Shown here one piece after another: positions 37,274 to 50,220 of a stretch of 64,000 bases of DNA. Below the pieces are notes generated by a model. That model made no database searches and was not told the DNA's origin. It saw only the letters and a program-made list of their open reading frames with translations. The stretch is from Malacoraja senta. Lineage: Eukaryota. The stretch spans positions 248,001-312,000 of the forward strand of contig JAXLNO010000033.1 of the NCBI GenBank assembly GCA_038087875.1, read 5' to 3'. The first letter of the stretch is position 1, and the number at the start of each line of letters is the position of its first letter. Position numbers and translations under genes: made by a program.

Positions 37274-37705
37274 ATGGCGCAGCGGTGGAGTTGTTGCCTC
37301 ACAGCGCCAGATACCCGGGTTCGATCCTGACTACGGGGGCTGTCTGTACTGAGTTTGTAGTTCTCCTCTTGAACTGCGTGAGATTTTTCCCGGTGCTCCG
37401 GTTTGCTCCCGCACTAAAAAGACGTACAGGTTTGCATGTTTCAGAAGGAACTGCAGATGCTGGAAAATTGAAGGTAGACAAAAATGCTGGAGAAACTCAG
37501 TGGGTGAGGCAGCATCTATGGAGCGAAGGAAATAAACAACGTTTCGGGTACAGGTTTGTATGTTAATTTGGCTTCGGTAAAACATTGTATGTTATACCTA
37601 GTGTGTGTAGGCTAGTTGCCAGTGTGAGGGGATCGCTGGACGTCGCGGACTCGGTGGGCCGAAGGGCCTGCTTCCGTGTTGTACCTCTAAACTACACTAA
37701 ACTAA
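37274..37705 (+). mobile_element. V-SINE (HE1-like) interrupted by a Penelope-type terminal repeat (~37445-37548)
   Basis: A box TGGCGCAGCGG, B box GGTTCGATCC, tail CTAAACTACACTAAACTAA; GTACAGGTTTG occurs on both sides of the insert. Confidence 0.8.
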
Positions 37706-38019
37706 GCCTCAGTAAATTAGAGCGCGGGTATTAGGCTGAAGGGGAGGTCCCTACTCATACGTCTATGCGAAGTGTCAATGAGAATGGATTGGTGTCATTC
37801 AGGGGTTCTTGAAGGCTGCGGTGGAACGTGGAAAGATAATGTCATTCCGTTTTCATTCTGCCAAAGATCTCATGCCGCACTCCTCAAAAACATCCGGCTC
37901 CTTACGGCTAATTCACGGAGGTTGTCGCTCGCCCACTGAATTGGTTCTGTCCGTAGATACCCTGTCTCGCCAAGAGTTCCACACGTTCACTTATTACAAG
38001 TGCTGTGTGAACAAACCCT

Positions 38020-38250
38020 GGACAGACACAAAGTGCTGGAGCAACTCAGCGGGGCAGGCAGCATCCCTGGATAGAAGGAATCGGTGACACCTCGAGTCAA
38101 GACCCTTCCTCAGACTGAGGATGATTCAGTGTGAGGAAGGATCTCGTCCAGAGGTGTCATCAATTCCTTCTATCCAATGATGCTGCCTGTCCCGCTGAGT
38201 TACTCCAGCATTCTGTATCTATCTTCGGTGTAAACCGGCATCTACAGTTC
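38020..38250. repeat. Palindromic (tail-to-tail) Penelope terminal-repeat-derived element; paralogue at ~61960-62190
   Basis: GACACAAAGTGCTGGAGCAACTCAGCGGG.CAGGCAGCATC... is the reverse complement of ...GATGCTGCCTGTCCCGCTGAGTTACTCCAGCATT. Confidence 0.7.
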
Positions 38251-38431
38251 GTTCCTGAACTAACCCGGGACTCGAATTATTCTAGGAGACACCAGAGACT
38301 GCAGATACTAGGACGTTGAGCAAAATACAAAGTGCTGGAGGAACTCAATGGGTCAGGCAGAGTACTGCATGTGGAGGAAAATGGAGAGATGATGTGTCGG
38401 GTCACGACACTTCTTCAAACTAATTATTCTT

Positions 38432-38737
38432 TATTAGTTTATATTCGTTTAGAGAAACAGCACGGAAACAGACCCTTCAGCCCACCGAATCGGCGCTGAC
38501 CAGCGATTCCCGTGCACTAACACTGTCTTACACACACTAGGGGTAATTTACAATTTACCGAGCCAATTAACCTACAAACCCGCACGTCTTTGGTGTGTGG
38601 AAGGGAACCGGAGCTCACAGAGGAAACGCACGCAGTCACGGAGAGAATGTACAAACTCCGTACAGGCAGCACCCGTAGTCAGGATCGAACACGGATCTCT
38701 GCGCTGTAAGGCAACAACTGAACCGCAGCGCCACTGT
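38432..38737 (-). mobile_element. V-SINE (HE1-like)
   Basis: Full-length match to the SINE consensus, reverse orientation. Confidence 0.8.
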
Positions 38738-39802
38738 TTCGCGATATTGTCAAACTCAGAATTTGTGCACTAAATGCACAAAATGCGTACTAATTTACGG
38801 AACAGCTCGACTCGGTATAGGCGTCGCTTGCGTAGAACATGGAACAGTACAGCACAGGAACAGACCATTCGGCCCACAATGTCCTTGCCGAACATGATGC
38901 CAAGCTAAACTAATCTTCTCTGCCTACACGTGATCCATTTCCCACCATTCTCTGCATATCCGTGTGCCTATCTAAAATAGACACAAATTGCTGGAGTAGC
39001 TCAGTGGGTCAGGCATCAGCTCTGCAGAAAAAGAATGTGTGACCTTTCGGGTCAATAGACAATAGACAATAGGGGCAGGAGAAGGCTATCCGGCCCTTCG
39101 AGCCAGCACCGCCATTCAATGTGATCATGGCTGATCGTCCCCAATCAGTACCCCATTCCTGCCTTCTCCCCATATTCCCTGACTCTGCTATCTATAAGAG
39201 CCCTATCTAGCTCTCGCTTGTAGGTATCCAGAGAACCGGCCTCCACCGCCCTCTGAGGCAGATAATTCTTAATCATAAAGTCTTCATGTTTCTGGTTTGA
39301 GACACCTCACCAGTCCCTACCTGTCTGCAGACCAAAAGCCTCCTAAATGCGACTATCGTATCAGCCTCCGCCACCACACCTGTCAGTGAAATCCAGGTAC
39401 CGTTTACCATGTACCGTGTTTGTACTGTGTATTTACTGTGTAAAAAAACTTGCTCCGCGCATCTACTTTAAACGTTGTCCCTCTCATTCTAAACCGATGC
39501 CCTCATGTCTTTCTCTCCCACGGCGAATGTAAGGCGGAATTTAGAACGAGCTATTGGACCATGGAACGAAGTTATATTCTAACTGCCCACATTGCCACCT
39601 GTCGTTACTTCCCCCTGGAGACGCTGTGGGACAAACACCACAACTCAACAAACGACTTGTTGGCAGATCCTTTAAACGGATAAGGAAATGGAGGGAGTCA
39701 ATTACAGTGCCACGAAGTTAGAGCGAGAAGCAATAAATACATTTGGGAATCACGATGTTTTAATTGGAGTTGTTGGCTGTTAGTGGCACGAGCTTCTGGA
39801 CT

Positions 39803-40120
39803 AATGTAGCGCAGCTGGTAGAGCTGCCGTCTCTCTGATCCAGAGTCCCGGGTTCGAACCTTACCTCAGGTGGAGACAGTGTGGAGTTTGAACGTTCTCC
39901 CTGTGACAGTAGGTTTCGTCCGAATGCTCGTGTTTCCTCCGACATATCAAAGACGTGCGGGTTTGTAAGTTAATTTTTCTCTGTAAAATTGACCTTAGTG
40001 CTTGGGGAGTGGATGCGAAAGTAGGATAGCATAGAACTAGTGTGAGCGGCTGATTGATGGTCGGCGTGCATTCAGTGGGCCAAAGGGCCTGTTTCAATCC
40101 TGTATCGTTCAATCAATCAA
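39803..40120 (+). mobile_element. V-SINE (HE1-like)
   Basis: TAGCGCAGCTGG A box, GGTTCGAACC B box, GGGCCAAAGGGCCTGTTTC 3' part, (TCAA)n tail. Confidence 0.8.
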
Positions 40121-40618
40121 GATGTGGATAGATATAGAATGAAAGATATGCGAATAAGTAACCGCGATAAAATAAACAGGGCATTGTTAGCTGTTTGCTG
40201 TGTGAGAACTCGTTCAAACTAATGGCCTGTTTCCTTTTACTTTTTTACTTTATTGCATATCTTTGTTGCATATCTTTCTTTCATTTGTTCTATATCTCTC
40301 TACATCACCGTCTATATCTCTCGGTCTGAAGAATTTTCTCGACCCGCAGCGTCACCTATCCATTTTCTCCAGAGATGCTGGTTGACCCGCTGAGTTACTC
40401 CAGCTTTTTGTGTCAATCTTCAGGTTTATGTTGTTATTTATGTCTTTTGTCCCTTGTCTATAATACAAAACTAGTGTGAACAGGTGATCGTTGGTCGGCG
40501 TGATCTCGGTGCGCCGAAGGGCCTGTTTGCATGCTGTATCTTCGAACTAAACTTAACTAAACTTCCTCTAAGACCAATGCCGTCTAATAAAATCATTTTA
40601 ATTTCGTCTTTTCTGCAG

Positions 40619-41527
40619 CTAACCTGTTGGCAATCGTCATTCTCTCCCGAGGAAAGTGTGGTCTCTCCAAATGTATCACCCGCTACCAGGTATCCATGGC
40701 CGTGGGTGATTTAATGGTTCTGATCTTCGAGGTAATTCTCTACGAGATTAAAGATGGCTATTTCCCCAATTCATTACTGAACTTAACTACCGTTTGTAGT
40801 GTCAACCTGACCCTGCTTTTTATGTCCATTGATTGCTCTGTCTGGCTAACGGTAACTTTCACCTTCGACCGATTTGTTGCTATTTGTTGTCAAAAGTTAC
40901 GAGGAAGATATTGCACAGGTAAAACCGCGACTTTGGTGATAGCAGTGGTGTGTTCCCTGTGTTATTGAAAATATCCCAATGTATTTTGTCTACGCACCAC
41001 AAGCAATGTGTTGACAACGTGGCTTGGTCCTGTGGCGCAACCCCAGACTTCTACACCTCACCGTTACTGGTAGCATTTTGGTCGTTCGAAACTATTTTAA
41101 CCCCGTTTACACCATTCCTATTGATCATGCTCCTCAACGCCCTGGCAATCGGACACATTATACGCGCCAATAGAGTGAGGAGCGGTCTCCGAGCGAACAA
41201 GAAGGACGAGAGCGGCGCAGATCAAGAGGTGGAGAACAGAAGAAATCCATAATTCTATTGCTGGCCGTATCCGGCAGCTTCATACTGCTGTGGATGGTAA
41301 TATTCGTGTGCTTCATCAGTGTACGCTTTATAGACGTTCAGTTTTTAGCAACAGATTACGACGACCCATTCACCGTTGCTGAACTGTCGGGGTACATGCT
41401 GATGTGTCTGAGTGCTTGCACCAACACGTTTATTTACGCGGTGTCACAGACAAAATTCAGGGAAGAATTAAAACAACTGATTAGGAGTCCATTCGCGTTT
41501 TTGTTCAATTCAATAAGGCATTTTTAA
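40619..41527 (+). pseudogene. gpr139-like: GPR139-like GPCR gene 3, exon 2 with three frameshifts
   Basis: Acceptor TTTTCTGCAG (AG at 40617-40618); NLLAIVILSRGKCGLSKC...FTFDRFVAICC. Frame changes at ~40960 (before VIENIPMYF), ~41006 (before VDNVAWSC) and ~41245 (before SIILLLAVSG). Ends CTNTFIYAVSQTKFREELK...*. Confidence 0.9.
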
Positions 41528-41619
41528 TGTCTCAATAAATCCACAATTAATTTCAAAATGACGTTGTATCCGTGTTATTTTATTACATCCTGTTTTCTCA
41601 TCCCCCTTTATTACATCCT

Positions 41620-42035
<416 letters not shown>

Positions 42036-43129
42036 ATCCTCCGCCGTTTTCACCAGCTTGTCAAGGTATTGCGGTAATTCCTGATCCCATCTCCACTGTC
42101 TTGGACAAAACGCTGTTTAGTGTCCATGTGTTGTGGCATAAGGAGCTGATAGTTGAGTCTTGTGTTCAGCATTTTTGCCAATACATGTTTCTGTAAATTC
42201 GCTGTGTACTACTTTGTACAGATGAGAGCCCTTCCCTCCAAAAGCTACCTCCATCTTTTCGCCCATCTACACCAATCACAGTTTCCCACTTTAGTGGTGC
42301 ACAAAATTAACCCGTGATAAGGTTACAGTCATACAGCAGGAAAACAGATCCTTCTACTAACCATGCAGCCAAATATACTCCATCTAAGATATGGAGTCTG
42401 AAGAAGGGTCTGGACCCGAAACGTCGCCTATTCCTTTGCTCCATAGATGCTGCCTCATGAGTTTCTCCAGTATTTTTTGTCTTCCATCCAGCTAAGATAT
42501 GTCCATTTGCCTCCGTTTGGCCCATATCCACTTAAACCTTTTCTATCCATGTAATGGTTATTGGATGGCGTACAGTACCTACCTCAACCACTTTCTCCGG
42601 CGCCTCACTTCACTTTCTCACCATTCCCTGTGTAAACCGGAACGCGTCATGTTCCCATTACATCCTCTCTCTCTCTCTCACCTTAAACTATTGCCCTCTT
42701 GTTTTTGAATCCCAGACCTTGGGAAAAGACTTTGTGCATTCAACCTATCTCGGCCACTCGTGATTTTGTGTACCTGCATAACATCACCCCGCAGCCTTCT
42801 GCATTACGATTCCCATTGAGAGGGGGTGGGTAGCCTTTCCCAGCTTTCTTGAACCGCTGTATACACTGAGGTTTGGTTGCATCCACGACTTTGTTAGGGA
42901 GCGAGTTCCAGGATTGGAGTAACGGTATAAATAAACTAATATTTTAAATCTATATTCACTATAGAGAAGTGCATCGTAAATAAGGAATCTGGACAGGGGA
43001 GGTGAAACGTGGAATATACCATATATAATACACAATTGATTGGATTTTTCTGCAGAGTAAATTGAGTTTAGAGCTACCGCCAGATAATCCAGATACTCCA
43101 TTGTTAGACACAAAATGACGGAGTCATTC

Positions 43130-46100
43130 AGCGGGACATGAGGTGGGGTCCAAGAGGAGGGGTCCGTTGGAGACGGGAAAAAGGATCATCAATGGGGGGC
43201 AAGGACTCCTTCCCATGGAAGAACGCTGTGAGGCGGAGGCGACAGTAGAAGAGCTCCAAGTCGTGGTGGGCGCGGAACTCATTAAGGTGGGGACGGAGGG
43301 GAACAAAGGTAAGGTTGCTGAGGACAGACCGTTGGGTGTCGGAGAGGGGGGTCAGGGGGGTGGTCAACATACGGCAGTGATGGGGGTTGGGCCGGAGGAA
43401 GACAGGTAAGTGGACTGAGGCCGAGGCGATGTCTGGTGTGGGGCTGGTGGGTGGTCGGGAGGTAGGGGGTTATGAGGACTGTAGTGTGGGTGGGGAAGAG
43501 CTGGGGTCACATTGTTTGAGGGGGATGGGGAATACTCAGTGGAACAGCCACTGAGGTTACCAGGGTTATGGGGACTGGCACTAGGACCCAGCGCAGTCAA
43601 CCCAGGAGAGTGGGAATCTGCAGCGTGGAAACGTCAGGCCCGGTGCTGAGTCCAGGCAGCAGGTAAGGCGACGGCTGCGGGCTGCTGGAGGGCGGTGGAG
43701 TGGCGAGGGTCGGTGGAATCGAAGGTAGGAGTCCGCGGGTAGTGGAGTCCGGGTCGGCGGGAGATGCGTGGGACGTCCCGGTGGGCGGATGGTCGGCGGG
43801 GCGGCGCGGTTCGGCCAGCCCGGTGAAGCGACGAGGTGAGTAGGACGCGGTGCGGCGGCCATGTTCGATGAGCCCCGATCCGGCGGCGATGTTCGGTAGG
43901 TCCGGTGCGGCGGTAATGTTGGATGGGCCGGGTGCAGCAGCGATATTCGGCGGGACCAGTGCGGCGGCAATGTTGGATGAGCCCGGTGCGGCGATGAGGT
44001 TAGGCGGACCCGGGGGGCGACGAGGTTCGGCGGTCAAGTTATGGTGGCGATAGTCGGAGGAATCGGGGAGGGGGAGATAGTGAGAGTTACCGGTGTGGCA
44101 GCGAGGCTGGGCGTCATCGGTAGGCAGGTGAAGGTCGGCGGCAGCATCGACGTGGAGGTCGGCGAAAGCGGCGTCATGGTGAGTGCTGGAGCTGCTCCTC
44201 GATACCAAGATGGCGTCGCGGGACTCGGGCAGGCGGCGTGGGCCATTGTTGGAGCCCGGAGACTGCGGGCGGTCGAGTCGCGGAGTGTCGGTGGCAGGAG
44301 CGGCCTGGAGGCGGGCTTGTTTCATCTCCTTGGCGGAGTTAAGGTGGGCCAGGAATCGTTGATTGACGAGGTGGATCTTCCGGCGGATGAAGTACAGTTG
44401 GGCTCTGTTGCAGGTCTGGGTGAGTGAGGCCCGAAGTTCCGGGAGGGTCAATGCGAGGTCCTGCTGGTGCCCGCGCATCGCAGTGAGAGTAGATCTCAGT
44501 GCCCGGTGGGAGAATTATTGTGAAGGGCGGCAGATAGCCAGTCGGTATCCATAGTCCGACTTGTGTCCGAACTGGGAAGTAGGGAACTGGAGTTGGAAGC
44601 CATGAGGTATGAGATGGAGTCGCAGGCATGTCCCAAGGAAGCAAATGTGGCTGTGGTATCGGGTCTGGGTTGGGATGTGGTCGTAGAGTTGGAGGGAAGG
44701 GGGAATCACAGAGGGGAGCAGTCAGAGAGGAGATTGTAAAACTGTCTTCGGAGGGAGGAGGAGAATTTCTTCAAAGTTGGCATACCTTGAGGAGATTTCG
44801 CAATGGAGTAGACAAAGTCTTTAAGAAGGAACTGCAGATGCTGAAAAATCGAAGGTAGACAAAAGTGCTGGAGAAACTCAGCGGGTGTAGCAGCATCTAT
44901 GGAGCGAAGGAAATAGGCAATGTTTCGGGCCGAAACCCTTCTTCAGTATGGTGTAGTGTGTGGGGGGGGGGGGTGGGGGAGGGGGCGGGGAGAAGAAAGA
45001 AGAAAGGAAGAGGAGGAGCCCGAGGGCTGAGGGAGAGCTGAGAAGGGGAGGAGACAGCAAGGGCTACCGGAAATATGAGAAGTCAATGTTTATGCCGCTA
45101 GGGTGCAAACTTCCCAAGCGCAATATGAGGTGCTGCTACTCCAATTTCCGGTGGTGCTCAATCTGACCATGGAGGTGGCCCAGGACAAAAAGGTTGGATT
45201 CGGACTGGCAGGGGGAGTTGAAGTGCTGAGCCAAAGGGAGATCAGGTTGGTTAATGCGGACTGAGCGGAGGTGTTCAGCGAAACGATAGCGTAGCCTCCG
45301 CTTGGTCTCACCGATGAAGATCAGCTGACATCTAGAGCAGCGGATGCAATAGATGTGGTTGGAGGGGATGCAGGTGAACCTCTGTCGCACCTGGAACGAC
45401 TGTTTGGGTCCTTGAATGGAGTAGAGGTGGGAGGTAAAGCGACAAGTGCAGCATCTCTTGCGGTTGCAAGGGAAAGTGCCCGGGGAGGAGTTGGTGCAGG
45501 AGGGGAGGGAAGGGAAGTATTGACAAGGGAGTTACGGAGGGAGCGGTCTTCGCGGAAAGCAGGCAGGGGGGAGATGGGAAGATATGGCGAGTGGAGGGGT
45601 CACGTTGGAGGTGTCGAAAATTACGGAGGACTATTTGTTGTATGTGACGGCTAGTGGCGTGAAAGGTGAGGACTTGGGGGACTCTGCCCTTGTTACGAGT
45701 GGGGGGATGGGGAGAGAGAGCAGTGTTACGGTGTATTGAAGAGACCCTGGTAAGAGCCTCGTCTATAGTGAGGGAGGGGGGCCCCCGTTCCCTGAAGAAT
45801 GAGGACATTTTCGATGCCCTGGTGTGGAACGCCTCATCCTGGGAGCAGATACGGCGTAGATGGAGGAATTTGGAGTAGGAGATGAAGTCCTTACAGGAAG
45901 CAGGGTTGGAAGAAGTGTAGTCTAGATAGCCATGGGAGTCGGTGGGTGTCGGTCAGAAATCTATCACCTGCGATGGAGATAGTCAGGTCAAGAAATGGTA
46001 GGGAAGTGTCGGAAATGGCCCAGGTGTATTTGAGTGCTGGATGGTAGTTAGTGGTGAAGTGGATGAAGTCAGTCAGTTGTGTGTGGGTGCAGAAGGTAGC

Positions 46101-46969
46101 ACCAAACCAATCGTCGATGTAGCGGAGGTAGAGGTCGGGGATGTGGCCCTGGTACGCATCGAACAAGGATTGTTCGACGTACCCTATTAAGAGGCAGGCG
46201 TAGCTGGGGCCCATGCACGTGCCCATAGCTACGCCTTGTATTTGGAGGAAATGGGAGGAGTCAAACGAGAAGTTATTATATGTGAGGACCAGCTCCGCTA
46301 GGCGGAGGAGAGTACATGTAGACGGGAATTGGTTGATTCTCCGGTCGAGGAAGAACCGGAGGGTTTTGAGAACCTGCTGGTTGGGGATAGAGGTGTAGAG
46401 TGACTGGACGTCCATGGGGAAGATGAGGGGATGGGGGCCTAAAGATTGGATGCCCGGAGACGACGGAGAGTGTCTGAGGTTTCTTGAACATAGGTAAGGA
46501 GGGATTTAACCAGGGGGGATAGGATGGAGTCAAGGTATGTGGAAATAATTTCGGTAGGGCACGAACAGGCAGAGGCAATGGGTCTACCAGGACAGTCAGG
46601 TTTGTGGATTTGGGGGATTAAAACCGGGCCGTGCGGGGCTGGGGAACGATGAGTTTGGAGGCTCGAGGGGGGGGCAGGGAGTCGGAGTGGATGAAGTCAG
46701 TGATGGTGCTAGAGTTCATGGGGGGGGGATTTGAGTGAGACAGGGGAGTGAAGAAGTTGAGGCGGTTGATTTTCCGCCGGCAGTTTTGAATAAAAATATC
46801 TAAAGCCGGAGGGCCATGAGGGGGGATCAAAGAGGAGGGGGTCTTTTGGAGACGAGAAAAGGGATCATCAATGGGGGGCGGAGGGGCGAGGACTCCTTCC
46901 CATGGAAGAACGCTGTGAGGCGGAGGCGACGGTAGAAGAGCTCCAAGTCGTGGTGGGCGCGGAACTCAT
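43130..46969 (-). mobile_element. Penelope-like element (RT + GIY-YIG endonuclease), frameshifted and circularly permuted
   Basis: MDVQSLYTSIP, GVAMGT.MGPSYA, RYIDD (45891-46415); IYCIRCSRCQLIFIGETKRRL..RFAEH (45136-45390); terminal repeat at ~44820-45000; N-terminal ORF part at 43130-44710; 43133-43282 repeats 46811-46969. Confidence 0.9.
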
Positions 46970-47074
46970 GTGATATGGGGTCATGTGAGATAATGCGGGG
47001 AGGTATAGGTATATAATTCCATGGAACTTGAAAGTAACAACCACAGGGTGGTGAAGATGGTATATCAGCCTAGG

Positions 47075-47445
47075 AGCGCAGGAGGATGAGCTTATAGAGG
47101 TGGACAAAATCAAGCGAGGATTACATTAGGTAAACGCACACACTCTTACCCAGAGTAGCGTAATCAAGAACCGGAGGACATTGGTTTAAGATGAAAGGGG
47201 GGGGAATTATTTAATATGAACCCGAGGGGTATCTTTTTGAGGAGGGTGGATGCATGGAAAGAGCTGCCTGAGGATGTAGTTAAAGCAGGTAGTATCACAA
47301 TGTTGAAGAAACATTTAGACGGGCGCATGGATATGACAGGTTTAGTGGGATATGGGACAACCGCAGGCAGGTGGGACTAATGCAGATTGGACATGTTGCT
47401 CGTTGTGGGCAAGTTGAGCCGGAGGGCCCGTTACCACGCTGAATA
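47075..47445 (+). mobile_element. CR1 LINE 3' fragment
   Basis: Similarity to other CR1 3' ends (CCCAGAGTAG..AATCAAGAACC.GAGGACAT.GGTTTAAG). Confidence 0.7.
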
Positions 47446-48019
47446 AATCTGTGAGATACTTGCCAACGCCAGCTGCGGCATAGAACATGAGATCAGTGAT
47501 GGTATCAACATCATAAAACACTGAGTTTGAAGAAGGGTCTCGACTCGAAATGTTACATTTTCTTTCTACCCAGAGACGCGGCCTGTTCCGCTGAGTTTCC
47601 CAGCATTTTGTGTCTATCTTCAATCAGCATCTGCAGTTCCTTCCCACACATTCAAAAAACATTGCTAACGTCACAGTTGCTGAGTGTACAGTTCTGGTGA
47701 TAAAACCGTAGGAAGTACATGACTGTAAATTAAAGAATGTCTAGATGATTCAACTGTTTATGTGATGCAACATATGGATCAGAAGGAGAGACTCAATTGG
47801 ATTAGATACCTGTAGATGCTGAGGCGGAATCTGGTCGATCTTCGCAACAGTTTGATGGGTGTTGATGGTGTTTCACTGGATAATGAGGATAATAAGGTTA
47901 CAATCCCAATATTCATTCACCACCCGAACCAAGTCATTTGTCGTGTTTCATGGTGACTTGTATCATGGACGCGCTTTATTTTGAGATATGTTAAGTCACC
48001 TCCCCCATCCCTGTTCAGA

Positions 48020-48580
48020 CAGGCCACACATCTTTACTCAGTCCGCCTTGGTCTGCTCGATTTCCCGGGTGCCAAAGACATTAATCCCTCTCCCATTCCC
48101 ATACTGACCATTCAATCCTGGGTCTCCTCCACTGTCAGAGTGAGGGCAAATGCAAATTGGAGGAACAGCACCTCATATTTCACTCGGGCAGCTGATAACC
48201 CAGCGATATGAATATTCAGTTCTCTAATTCACGTAACCCTTGCCTCCCCTCTCTCTCTGCCCCATGCCATCCCTGTCGTCATACTAGTTTTACAGTTGTA
48301 ATATTGAGTTTCACTGTTTGTACCCACTGGTTATTACCTTCTCCACAGCCAACAACGAACCAACGTGGGCTCCACCGTTCCATGATCACCGTTGCTGGCT
48401 TTGATTTGTCCTTTTTAATACCTGTTATTCCTTTTTACGCTGTTCCGTTTCATATCTATCGTTTCCCTATCGCCTGACTTCTAGTCTGAAGAAGGGTCTC
48501 GACCTGAAACGTCGGCTATTCATTTTCTCCAGAGAAGCTGCCGGACTCGCTGAGTTACTCCAGATTTTTATGTCTATCAG
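48020..48580 (+). mobile_element. Penelope-like 3' fragment (end of GIY-YIG + terminal repeat)
   Basis: AAATTGGAGGAACAGCACCTCATATT matches the reverse complement of 45120-45150; followed by CTGAAGAAGGGTCTCGACCTGAAACGTC. Confidence 0.75.
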
Positions 48581-48721
48581 ACAGAATGTCAAAAGATTAG
48601 ACCTGCCGTTAGATAATTATGCCAAGACAACCCTCGTACATAGAACCATTGAATTATTGAAGAGCCCCCCGCAATCATCTCTTCTACGGAGACAGTGGCC
48701 AACCCTTGGAGAATAATTTCA

Positions 48722-49015
48722 AGTGGCGCAACGGTAGAGTTGCTGTCTTAGATTAACATCGCTTGGGACCCGCGATCGATCCCGACTACGGGCGCTATTT
48801 GTATGGAGTTTTACGTTCTCCACGTGACCGCATGGGTCTTCTCAGAGATTTCCTGCCACATTCCAACGACGTACAGGTTTGTAGGTTAATTGGCATGGTA
48901 TAAGTGTAAATTGCCCCTAGTGTGTAGGATTAGTGTTAGTGTGCGGTGGTCGCTGGTCGGTGCGGACTTGGTGGGCCGAAGGGCCTATTTCTCCGCTGTA
49001 TCTCTAACCTAAACG
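48722..49015 (+). mobile_element. V-SINE (HE1-like)
   Basis: GTGGCGCAACGGTAGAGTTGCTG head; GACGTACAGGTTTGTAGGTTAATTGG centre; CTGTATCTCTAACCTAAAC tail. Confidence 0.8.
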
Positions 49016-49244
49016 AAAACATTGTGTTTGTATCAATTTACCAAGTAACCATGGATGCAGAGAAAGACCATTCCTCGCACTGGTTCACTGTGATATTCCA
49101 ACAAAGCGTTGCCTCACTCTGTAGAAGGCAATCCTTACGAAAATGTAACCACACATTTCCATAAGTCCGTGAGTCACATCACAACGACCAATAAATCTGA
49201 CATCTGGTTATAAAAGAGTAGTAAATAATGAACGAAAACTGGAA

Positions 49245-49740
49245 CTATAGTCATACAGTGATACCGTGTGAAGACAGGCCCTTCGGCCCAACATACCTGC
49301 ACCCGCCAACATATCCCAACTACATTGGTCCCACCTGCCTGAGCTTGGTCCATATCCCTTCTAACTTGTCCTATCCATATACCTGTCTAACTGTTTCTTA
49401 AACGGTGGGATAATCCCAACCTAAACCATTACTCTGGCAGCTTGTTACATTCATCCACCACCCTTTGTATGAAAAAGTTACACCTCAGATTCCTAGTAAA
49501 TCTTTTCCCCTTCTCCTTGAACCTATGTCCTCTGGTGCTCGATTCCCCTACTCTGAGCAAGAGATTCTGTGAATCTGCCCGATCTATTCCTCTCATGATT
49601 TTATACTTCTTTATAAGATCACTCCTCATCGTCTTGCGCTGCAAGGAATAGAGACACAGCCTACTAAGCCACTCCCTATATCTTAGACCCTCTAGTACTG
49701 GCAATATCCTGGTAAATCTTCTCTGAACCCTTTCAACCCA
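49245..49740 (-). mobile_element. CR1 LINE 3' fragment
   Basis: VERVQRRFTRILP...RGHRFK..GKRF.RNLR.NFF.QRVV peptide. Confidence 0.85.
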
Positions 49741-49936
49741 CTTTTCCAGAGTTTGTTTTTTGCTCTGCAGTTCAACGAGAGTCATGGCGTCATCCAGCCT
49801 GGATACAGTCCCTATGGTCCAACTCGTCGGCGCTGACCAAGATGCTCCATTTAGAGCTGACCACAGCTGTTCAGCTGCAGGGATCTGTTGAAGATACATG
49901 ATTTTATTGTCATGCAACGCAGAATGCTGGAAGGAT

Positions 49937-50220
49937 AGTTTAGTTTACTTTCGAGATACAGCGCAGAAACAGGACGTTCGGCCCATCGACTCCGCGCCGT
50001 CCAGCGATCACCCGTACACTAGCACTAATCGACACTACTAGGGATAATTTACAATTTTACCGAAACCACTTAACCTACAAACCTGTGCGTCTTTGGAGTG
50101 TGGGAGAAAAAAAGCACCCGGAGAAAACCCACGCCATCATGGGGAAAAGGTACAAACTCCGTACAGACAGCACCCGTAGTCAGGATTGAACCCAGGGCTC
50201 TTGCGCTGTGGCGCAGCAAC
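49937..50220 (-). mobile_element. V-SINE (HE1-like)
   Basis: SINE consensus, reverse orientation. Confidence 0.8.

Noticed and set aside
37274..37335. tRNA genes (A/B boxes here and at 39803, 48722 etc.)
   Set aside because: They are tRNA-derived SINE heads continuing into SINE body and tail; no complete cloverleaf.
43597..44478. 293-aa Pro/Ala-rich ORF as a host gene
   Set aside because: N-terminal part of the Penelope ORF with internal 30-bp repeats.
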